A stretch of 63,255 bases of DNA, filler included, from an uncultured bacterium (GTDB lineage: Bacteria > Auribacterota > CAZIXI01), in the NCBI GenBank assembly GCA_964543115.1. It is 5 parts of 5 records of this genome, joined end to end, with 100 filler letters (N's around TTAATTAATTAA, not from the genome) between each part and the next. Parts side by side here need not be neighbours in the genome. Positions count along the whole stretch, not along the records: positions 1 to 12,753 come from CAZIXI010000077.1; 4 more parts are not named here. One strand, written 5' to 3'. The notes beneath the pieces are model-generated. The model made no database searches, was not told the DNA's origin, and saw only the letters and a program-made list of their open reading frames with translations. The translations under genes were made by a program, and so were the position numbers. Positions 1 to 7,900 of this stretch are shown piece by piece; the first letter of the stretch is position 1, and each line of letters starts with the position of its first letter.

Positions 1-242
1 CAATAATAGCAGTCCCCCGAAGGGGGGCAGTCTGTATCCATTCCAATAATAGCAGTCCCCCGAAGGGGGGCAGTCTGTATCCATTCCAATAATAGCAGTC
101 CCCCGAAGGGGGGCAGTCTGTATCCATTCCAATAATAGCAGTCCCCCGAAGGGGGGCAGTCTGTATCCATTCCAATAATAGCAGTCCCCCGAAGGGGGGC
201 AGTCTGTATCCATTCCAATAATAGCAGCCCCGCAAAGCGGGG
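1..242 (+). repeat. Tandem array of a 43-bp hairpin-containing unit (5 identical copies plus a variant sixth), truncated by the window edge
   Basis: Unit CAATAATAGCAGTCCCCCGAAGGGGGGCAGTCTGTATCCATTC starts at 1, 44, 87, 130, 173. The copy at 216 ends in a different hairpin, CCCCGC-AAA-GCGGGG. Confidence 0.97.
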
Positions 243-372
243 AATATTTTTCTGAAAAATGAGGAGTTTTTTCTGGAAAAAGGCAGATAATTCCTCATAA
301 TGAGACGCTATCAGCAAACCTAACCACCTGCCGCGCAACGACAAATGATTTCTCGCGCTATTTCCTCAAAAG

Positions 373-388
373 TGGCACAGGATATGCA
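373..388 (+). promoter_or_regulatory. Putative sigma54 (-24/-12) promoter
   Basis: TGGCACAGGATATGCA: GG(374-375)-N10-GC(386-387), about 50 nt upstream of the ORF at 440, which has a strong AGGAGG RBS. Confidence 0.65.
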
Positions 389-439
389 CTTATATGAGTT
401 GGGTCCGGGAAGTGCCCGGAAAAAAGGAAGGAGGGGGAA

Positions 440-661
440 ATGAATGAGAGATTAATTCCGACGAAAATAGTGGCAGCGGGAATATTTTTTGTGCTTATTT
501 TGGTGGTCATATCCATTTCCGCGCAGGGATTGGAAAAATCAGCTTTAATGAAGAATGTCAGGGAAAAAGCAGAATTGCAAAAGGATGTGCCGGTGAAACA
601 GCATAGTCTGAAAAAAGCCGGCAATTATTGGATGGAATTTTTACAGGAAAAGAATAAATAG
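440..661 (+). CDS. Small hypothetical exported or membrane-anchored protein
   Basis: AGGAGG RBS; N-terminal hydrophobic stretch IVAAGIFFVLILVVISISA followed by a charged tail. Confidence 0.6.
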   Translation: MNERLIPTKIVAAGIFFVLILVVISISAQGLEKSALMKNVREKAELQKDVPVKQHSLKKAGNYWMEFLQEKNK

Positions 662-675
662 TATTGGAGGTTGTT

Positions 676-861
676 ATGATTAAATTAGTTTGTCCACAAT
701 GTTTAGCAAAAAACTATACCGAAGACCTGCGGGCCAGACACCACTGTTCTTCTTGTTTATCTGATTTTTCCATTGAGGAAGTGGCCCGGGAAGCGGGAAA
801 GATGAACGGCTGTAATGAACAGCGGGAAATCGGCGCCTGGATCTCTAATTGTTTTGATTAA
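676..861 (+). CDS. Small zinc-ribbon protein
   Basis: CPQC...CSSC motif pair; GGAGG at 666-670 before ATG 676. Confidence 0.65.
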   Translation: MIKLVCPQCLAKNYTEDLRARHHCSSCLSDFSIEEVAREAGKMNGCNEQREIGAWISNCFD

Positions 862-970
862 TAGTGCTTAAAACAATAGCTAACATTGCATTATTCCTAA
901 TGCCCCGATTTTTTATCCAATCCTAAAGACTTATGCCTTGATTTATTGGCCAAAAACAACAATATTTGCC

Positions 971-1000
971 TTGACTTTATATATGCATATGTTGTATCAT
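971..1000 (+). promoter_or_regulatory. Putative sigma70-type promoter, possibly giving a leaderless mRNA
   Basis: TTGACT(971-976)-N18-TATCAT(995-1000); ATG at 1007 with no SD sequence. Confidence 0.45.
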
Positions 1001-1006
1001 ATTAGT

Positions 1007-2320
1007 ATGAAAAGAGATGTAGATTCTTTATTTTTGACTTGGAAAAACGATAAAAATAGAAAACCGCTTTTGGTTAGAGGGGCCAGGCAAGTTGGTAAAA
1101 CTTTCTCCATTAGGGAGTTAGGCAAGAGTTTTAAATATTTTCTGGAAGTTAATTTTGAAGAAGAAAAAAGAATAGGAGATTTCTTTAAAAATTCGCTTAA
1201 TCCCGCGACTATTTGTCAAAAACTCTCCGCTTATTTCGCTACTCCGGTGGTAAATGGCGAAACTTTGCTTTTCTTTGACGAAATTCAAGCATGTCCGGAG
1301 GCCATAACTTCATTGAGGTTTTTTTATGAAAAAATGCCGGATTTACATTTGATAGCCGCCGGCTCTTTATTGGAGTTTGCCATTGCGGAAATACCTTCTC
1401 AGGGGGTGGGAAGGATCAATTCTGCTTATATGTATCCTCTTTCTTTTGATGAATTTCTGCGGGTACAGGGTGAAGGCGAGTTATTAAAAATGAAAAATAG
1501 TGTCGGTTCTCAGCAGCCGTTAGACAATATTTTTCACCATAAACTTATTGATCATTTAAAAATATTTTATCTAATAGGAGGGATGCCGGAAGTTGTCGCT
1601 GAATACATTAAGACAAAAAACATAGTATCGTGTCATAAAATAATCAATGATCTTTTGGAAACGCTGAGAGACGATTTTGCTAAATACAAGAAACGTTCCC
1701 CTGTGCAAAGACTAAAAGAAGTATTTGATTCAATCACTTTTCAAAGCGGTAATAAATTTAAGTATTCTAATATTGATTCACAATCAGCCCATAACGCGCT
1801 TAAGGAAGCATTAGATTTGATAATTCAGGCAGGTTTAGCCTATAAGATATATCACTCTTCCGCGCAGGGCTTGCCGTTGGGAGCGCAGATTAAATTAAAT
1901 AAATTCAAAGTTATTTTACTTGATCCAGGGCTTCATCAACAAATACTTGGCCTTAAGATGGCCGATATTATTTCCGCTCAGGATCTGGCTGTTATTAACC
2001 AGGGCAATATCGCTGAGGTGTTTGTCGGGACGGAAATCATTAAATATTCATCTTCCTACAGTAAGCAGCAGCTATACTACTGGCATAAGGAGAAACGCGG
2101 GAGTAACGCTGAAGTTGATTATCTTATTCAAAAAGGAAATAAAATAATTCCACTGGAAGTTAAGTCTGGTACACGCGGACAAATGCAAAGCATGAAAATC
2201 TTCCTTCGTGAACATCAAAATTACACTCCCAAGGGAATTAGATTGTCTCTAGAGAATTTTAATCAAGCTAGCAGGATTGACACATATCCCTTGTATGCAA
2301 TTTCAAAAATTTTGAAATAG
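1007..2320 (+). CDS. AAA_14-family ATPase with C-terminal DUF4143 (PD-(D/E)xK-like) domain
   Basis: Walker A GARQVGKT, Walker B LLFFDEIQ, C-terminal EVDYLI...PLEVKS. Start chosen at MKRDVD (ORF track starts at 938). Confidence 0.9.
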   Translation: MKRDVDSLFLTWKNDKNRKPLLVRGARQVGKTFSIRELGKSFKYFLEVNFEEEKRIGDFFKNSLNPATICQKLSAYFATPVVNGETLLFFDEIQACPEAITSLRFFYEKMPDLHLIAAGSLLEFAIAEIPSQGVGRINSAYMYPLSFDEFLRVQGEGELLKMKNSVGSQQPLDNIFHHKLIDHLKIFYLIGGMPEVVAEYIKTKNIVSCHKIINDLLETLRDDFAKYKKRSPVQRLKEVFDSITFQSGNKFKYSNIDSQSAHNALKEALDLIIQAGLAYKIYHSSAQGLPLGAQIKLNKFKVILLDPGLHQQILGLKMADIISAQDLAVINQGNIAEVFVGTEIIKYSSSYSKQQLYYWHKEKRGSNAEVDYLIQKGNKIIPLEVKSGTRGQMQSMKIFLREHQNYTPKGIRLSLENFNQASRIDTYPLYAISKILK

Positions 2321-2393
2321 AGCTTTCTTGTTTGCCTGTCTTGCCCGGGAAAGCTAAGGGGCATTACCGTTCTTGGTTAAGTAATAATTGATT

Positions 2394-2570
2394 ATGGATG
2401 AAATAAGAGATGAGTTTTTAAGCCCAGGAGATCTAGATCTTTGTAATTTATCGGAAGAGGCGCTAATTGCCTATTGGAACATGTGGCTTGAGCAGGCACA
2501 GGCAACAAACGATAGTGACAGATTCTTATATTCTCACGGTGTATTTGTTCTGATGGAGAGAAAAAAGTAG
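2394..2570 (+). CDS. Small acidic hypothetical protein
   Basis: Fills the gap between genes without overlapping them; protein-like composition; no motif recognised. Confidence 0.45.
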   Translation: MDEIRDEFLSPGDLDLCNLSEEALIAYWNMWLEQAQATNDSDRFLYSHGVFVLMERKK

Positions 2571-2580
2571 CTTTATAAGT

Positions 2581-3138
2581 TCATCCCGTTTTCAATTCCT
2601 TCCAATATTGATATAGTCCCAACAACTTTATCTTATCTTCCAGGTATGCCATATTCAATTTGTTGCCAGAAACTTGCAGCATTCCTTTAATATCTCTTAG
2701 ATGCTTTTCGCTTTTACCCTCATTGTAGAAAATTAACTTATTGATAATAACATCTTCCGGACTGGAAAAGATAGCCAGTCTTTTTTCGTCGAATGATTCT
2801 TTATGCTTTCTGTTGAACATCTCCTGGCTTAACGGGTCTTTTTTAAGCTGATAAAAATCGACTTTTGATCCACTAGAAGCATGTATTATGTTGAAATGTT
2901 TTCTTTGATTTATTGCTGCTAAAACGCTTTCAAGGTCCGCATAAAAACCTTCTTCAGCCTTGAATCTACCGCAGAATTCCGCAGCCCTTTCTTTAGGTAG
3001 GTCAATTACTATATCCATATCAATGGTCAACCGAGGTTCGCCATAGGCCATAGAGGCAATCGAGCCTGTTACCATATAAGGGATATTTAGACCTTCCAGG
3101 ACATCAATAACATAAGCAAAAAATTCACCCTGAGTCAT
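2581..3138 (-). CDS. Nucleotidyltransferase-fold protein (AbiEii/DUF6036-like toxin candidate)
   Basis: GSIAS...TIDMDIV (GS-DxD) motif; overlaps a small upstream partner gene. Confidence 0.8.
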   Translation of the reverse strand: MTQGEFFAYVIDVLEGLNIPYMVTGSIASMAYGEPRLTIDMDIVIDLPKERAAEFCGRFKAEEGFYADLESVLAAINQRKHFNIIHASSGSKVDFYQLKKDPLSQEMFNRKHKESFDEKRLAIFSSPEDVIINKLIFYNEGKSEKHLRDIKGMLQVSGNKLNMAYLEDKIKLLGLYQYWKELKTG

Positions 3139-3319
3139 AAGCTAAATCAAATCTCTCGTTCAGTGTTCTTAACAGTTCTTCTTTACTTATAGTTGGATTA
3201 TTACGTTTTATTTCCGCGCTGATTCTTGCCCGCGCAAAATCATACAGTTCAAAAGCAATTTTTATTCTCTGATATGGTTTGAGGCGGCACAGGATCTCTA
3301 TTTGTTTTATGTCTTCCAT
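3125..3319 (-). CDS. Small helical partner/antitoxin-like protein of the adjacent nucleotidyltransferase
   Basis: About 64 aa, GGAG RBS, overlaps the start of the NTase gene. Alternative TTG start at 3352. Confidence 0.65.
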   Translation of the reverse strand: MEDIKQIEILCRLKPYQRIKIAFELYDFARARISAEIKRNNPTISKEELLRTLNERFDLAYDSG

Positions 3320-3533
3320 CTCTTTAAGTCTCCATGATCTTTTCTTGAACAATTAATTTTTGTTATTTTTCAGTTTATCATATTCGAATGATTTGTCAAT
3401 AGATTTGCTAAGATTATTATTCATAAAGATTCGGAGTTTTTTCCAAAAAAAGGTGCAAAATTTGCTAGATAAACTGCCTGCCGTTAGTTGTTAAGCATTG
3501 CCATTAAAATAGATAGCAATATTTTCCCAGTTG

Positions 3534-3557
3534 TTGCTATGTTTCTTGCATTTATTA
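3534..3557 (+). promoter_or_regulatory. Degenerate copy of the sigma54-like promoter found at 4784-4807
   Basis: TTGCTATGTTTCTTGCATTTATTA matches TTGGTATATTTCTTGCATTTATTA at 22/24 positions; the -24 GG is changed to GC. Confidence 0.55.
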
Positions 3558-3567
3558 GTACCACGCC

Positions 3568-3948
3568 GTGAATAGTAAATTCATAAAAACTATAGGTATT
3601 ATAACAGCATTTTTATTCCTTTGTGAGACTCTGGGTTGGTGTTTCCCGGATAAAGTGCAAAACAGCAGTGGTTTGTCTATTCCCCGGCAGTATGGCCGCT
3701 TAGAAGCGGTAAAAGGGGAAGAATGGTTTGCCGAAGATCAAGATGCGCTGCTGGTTATTCTAATTAAGGATGCGCATTGTGTTTATGAGGCGCAGAAGAA
3801 TATCGAAAATATTATGGATATGCTTGTACGGGATTATCAGATTGATCTGGTTTGCGTTGAGGGTGCGGCAGGCAGTGTGGATACTGCTGTTATGGGGGTA
3901 GATGTTGGTTCAGCTGTTTTGGGATTGGATTTGGATTTATCTGTTTAA
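3568..3948 (+). pseudogene. Truncated N-terminus of a large secreted protein
   Basis: Signal peptide, then IPRQYG...IKDAHCVYEAQKNI...YQIDLVCVEGAAG, which I recall as the leader module of very large secreted proteins. It then decays into low-complexity sequence and collides with the convergent HEPN gene. Confidence 0.6.
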
Positions 3949-4289
3949 GTTGACTCTTGGTCGATTATTTCCTTAATCTCCTTGTGCAATACCGGTATTT
4001 TATTGACAGCTACATCCCAGACAATATCATAATCAACACCAAAATAATCATGAATCAAAACATCACGCATTCCGGCAATTGCTTTCCATTCAATGTTAGG
4101 ATATTTTGATTTAAGTGAATCAGGTATCTTCTTTGTTGCTTCACCGATTACTTCAATGCTGCGGACAAAAGCTCTCTGCAGCGTTTCATCTTCAAAAAAA
4201 ACATCCTTGTTTAGGGCTTCAGTCTTTTCCTGCATGTATTTTGTTTCATCGAGGATATGCAATAAATATTCATTTCCCTGAGATGACAT
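3945..4289 (-). CDS. DUF86/HepT-like HEPN ribonuclease toxin
   Basis: RSIEVIGEA and GMRDVLIHDY (R-x4-H) motifs; paired with the upstream MNT gene. Confidence 0.92.
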   Translation of the reverse strand: MSSQGNEYLLHILDETKYMQEKTEALNKDVFFEDETLQRAFVRSIEVIGEATKKIPDSLKSKYPNIEWKAIAGMRDVLIHDYFGVDYDIVWDVAVNKIPVLHKEIKEIIDQEST

Positions 4290-4578
4290 ATTCAACCTCT
4301 TTCATGATATGCGGTTTGATATATGGGCTTATGGATTCCGCTGTAACTACTTCGACATGATGTTCAAGAAGATTTTCTAACAAAAAAATAAGGTGGATGA
4401 AGTTGTCATATGTTTTCTTCCCCTTGTCGAATTCAACGAGAAAATCTATGTCGCTTCCTGAGTCTTGTTCGCTTCGCACAAAGGAGCCAAATAGCCCAAG
4501 CCTATTCACGCCAAATGACTCAATTCTGTCACGATTTTTCTCGAGCAATAATTCTATGTCTTTTTTATTAGAGATCAT
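4270..4578 (-). CDS. Minimal nucleotidyltransferase (MNT/MntA-like) antitoxin
   Basis: LFGSFVR...SDIDFLVEF motif; 102 aa; overlaps the HEPN gene. Confidence 0.92.
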   Translation of the reverse strand: MISNKKDIELLLEKNRDRIESFGVNRLGLFGSFVRSEQDSGSDIDFLVEFDKGKKTYDNFIHLIFLLENLLEHHVEVVTAESISPYIKPHIMKEVEYVISGK

Positions 4579-4784
4579 TATTGGTATACCATTAGGGTGC
4601 AGTTAAAATATATTTTTATATATTATAATCAAATATACAAAAAATAGAAAGAAGATTTTTCTCCTTAAAATTTTGGAGTTTATTCAGAAAAAATATAATT
4701 AATATAATTAACAAACCGCCGTGCACCTCTCGTAACAACAAGCCGCGCAAGTAGATATAAGACTTGAGGGTTTTCTTTCCGAAT

Positions 4785-4800
4785 TGGTATATTTCTTGCA
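4785..4800 (+). promoter_or_regulatory. Putative sigma54 (-24/-12) promoter of the riboswitch/giant gene transcript
   Basis: TGGTATATTTCTTGCA: GG(4786-4787)-N10-GC(4798-4799). The predicted start near 4811 lies just before the riboswitch. Confidence 0.7.
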
Positions 4801-4817
4801 TTTATTAACAGAGATAT

Positions 4818-4904
4818 TTTATCGCTAAAGGCAATTCCGCTTTTGGGCGGAAACGCAAAGCTTTGGACCCCGACGTGTCGGGGAGGCCGGGCTGCCGTTT
4901 TGAT
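4818..4904 (+). ncRNA. c-di-GMP-I (GEMM-I) riboswitch aptamer
   Basis: Conserved blocks AGGCAA-[stem TTCCGC/GCGGAA]-ACGCAAAGC-[stem]-GCCGGGCTGCCG. G20, A47 and C92 equivalents at 4830, 4857 and 4895. Lies in the 5' UTR of the giant gene. Confidence 0.85.
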
Positions 4905-4922
4905 CCCTACGTTAACGGGGCT

Positions 4923-4949
4923 GACCGCGCAGCGCGGCCTTTTCTTTTC
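4923..4949 (+). terminator. Intrinsic terminator forming the riboswitch expression platform
   Basis: CCGCG-CAG-CGCGG hairpin followed by TTTTCTTTT, 30 nt before the ATG at 4980. Confidence 0.65.
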
Positions 4950-4979
4950 AAGGCCAATATTTAAAAGAGAGGAAAAAAG

Positions 4980-7900
4980 ATGAAATCATTTTGCAGAGTT
5001 ATCTCAATATTTATTTCTTTAGTACTTATATTTAACAGTTTTGTTTTAGGTAAGAATCAGCTGTTAGCAGGCACCATTAATCTTTCACCGGAGTCACCAT
5101 GGAACAGGCCGGAATTTTCAGCCTTTTTATTGAAGGTTGCCAGTGCCATTCAGGAAATGAAAAGTGCTGCTGTCGAAAGTAATGGAGTAAGGGCCTCCGG
5201 CCTTGCCTCATTAAGAACAATCCTTGCGGATATGCTGCCGGCAAGCGTTTCCGGTAACGATCTGTCTCTTTTGTATGATGATCAATCCAAATCCGCATTG
5301 CTTTACAGCAGTTCTACAGCTGATCCCGGCTCTGTTTATTGCTTTTGGCTGGCTGAAGACAGCGGAGATCCGTTTGCTGGAATATCCGCTGCTGCCCGGA
5401 GTGAAATCGGTGGGTTGATTATAGAAGAATATTCACGCACTGAGGAGATTAATAGCCGCTTAACTGGAATAATAGGTTCTGGCGCCACTGTAGTTAATCC
5501 GCAAATGCTTGCGGTTATTTTGGGAAGATTGGGAGACCTGCAATATCTAGAAGAAATGATCCTGCAGAGCGAGAGGAGCGGCAATATTGCTTTGGCCCGC
5601 TTTTTTGCGGATATTCTTTTACTGTTGGAGGATGAAGACCCGAACGGGGTAAGAGTTGTTTTAGGCGTGCTGACAGAAAGGATTGCGGACTTCAAGCTCA
5701 AGGAGTATTTAAAATATAATTTAATCATGAATAGCTACAAGAATTTTACAGAGATAGAATTGTTTAATAGCGTCTACAACGAAGAAGAGCTATTGTTTTT
5801 ATTGGATTTTATGTCAGGTAAAATCAGACAGTCAAGTGGTGACCCAAAAACCTTGTGTGAAATAACAAAAGATGCGTTTGTCTTGTTGCGCAACAGCAAT
5901 ACTCCGGAGGATGCCATACGCTTGGTTTCTGCGAAATTGTTCGGATTTTACAATGACTATTTTCATCAAATGCCTGAAGACGCGGCTGAGGCGATTTACG
6001 ATGTTTTAATGCAGCTAAAAGAACTCTCAAGGAGCGCGCAATCTTATTTTCTCAAAGCATTAGTAGGCTATTATGGTGGCGAAGAGCATGATGGTTTCCG
6101 AGACTTTGTGTTTGACTTTGTTCGTAAGAGAAATATAGATTTCTTATCACTTGAGTACCAGGATTATTTCTGCAATGATTTAATCTCTCTGCTGAGAAGC
6201 ATAAGGGAGCAGGAGACGGATGATTTTGACGCGAGCATTAATGTCGGGCTGGCAAAGTCATTAATAATCTTGCTGCGGGAATTTAGATTCAAAAAAGGTG
6301 CTTTTAAAAAATTGCGGAGAGAACTGGTATCGTTTCACAAATACAGCTCATGTGCCGAGTTGCGGGATCTGGCGTTAGATAGTTTAATGGTGATATCCGC
6401 AAATCTAGTGAAATCATCAGAAAATGAACCAAGCAAAAGTGAGTTGCTGCAGAAAGTAAGTTTTGGAAGAGAATATAGCGATAGGGATGTGCAGGTTGAG
6501 GAGGAAATTGATCTATTTGTGCTGGAGCCGCTTATTTTAAATCTTATTCTGACTACAAATATAATACAGGATTCTATTTTATTGATTCAAGGAGAGAAGT
6601 TGCGTCTTGATGAAATAGATGCGATAGAGGTTAGTTATATCGCTAAAGGGAGTAACAAGGATGTTCATCGAATAATTGTTAAAAAGGGCGAGATGGAATA
6701 TATGTTTGTGCTCAATCGATTAATGCAGCCGGAACTTGAACTATTATTGGAAGAAGTTTGCGCTCTTTATGAAGGAGACTACCATTATCCGAGAAGGAAG
6801 CGCTTATATTCTCTTCCGGGTGTCATGAGCTGCGAAAAGGCGTTTCCTTCACAAGGGAGTTTTTATCAAGACGCAAATGGAACATGCGCTTTCACGGAAG
6901 AATTTATTGAAGGCGAGGAATTCAGCCGGGTATGGTACCCGACGGACTCAGAAAGAGAAGCTGGGACAGGTGCATACAAAATAAGAAGCGGTCATCTTCA
7001 GCGCCTGGCCGATGAAAGTAAAGAGGAATATGCAAAAAGGATTAAGCGAATAATGAAAAAAACGGTAGAGGTTATCATTCATTCTTATGTTTCCGTAGGT
7101 AAAAAATTCATTATCGATGATCATAATTTAAGAAATTATCTGATTTCTGATTCAGAAGAAAGCGGCAGGGCGATGATCGTTGATATCGGATCGCATAGCT
7201 CGGTATCAGACAATCTGGATGTATATAGAATTATAATGGGAACGCTGATGGATGATGTAAACGCATTGGCGGAAAATACTTACCCGGATATAACGGGAAA
7301 TATTATTGATTATCAGGATGTTTATGAAGCGATGATACAGGCAAGCGACTTTGAGGCGGTAATGATACTGGTTGATGCATTTACCGAGAAGCATTATCAT
7401 TCAAAATGGAATAGAGTCAAAGATACGGGAGAAGAGCAGGCGCTTGAAGAATTTTTGCGCTCAATTGACAAAGATATTTTGCTCTCTCTTTATATAAAAG
7501 GATACAGCCAAAATCAAGGAGAGCAATTGTTTTTCTCTAGTTGGAGCGTGGAAGACTATTATGATTTTTCATCATTGCTTAAGTGGAAGTTTTCGCTGCT
7601 GTGCCAAGTTGATGATGCAGATATATTTAATCAGTTATTAAGGATTGACCACGGCCGCGGGGCAGAGGTGCTGGTTAAGCTTAGAAATGAAATATCCTCT
7701 GCCGGTTCTATTGATGAAGAGGATAGGGCTTTATTGAGCAGCATAGATTCTTATTTTGGTCAAATATCCAGAGATGATATAGAGAGAATATTTTCCAAAG
7801 ATAAGATTGATGAGTACAGGGCACAGAGAGTGGGCAGAGAAGCATTCGAGGAAGAGAAAGCGTTGCAGCTACAGGTTGAGGCAACGGTGTCAAGATGTGA

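Noticed and set aside
1..242. CRISPR array
   Set aside because: Units are identical end to end with no unique spacers, and no cas genes are present.
4616..4801. 61-aa minus-strand ORF
   Set aside because: Lies over the AT-rich promoter region of the giant gene; low complexity and no RBS.
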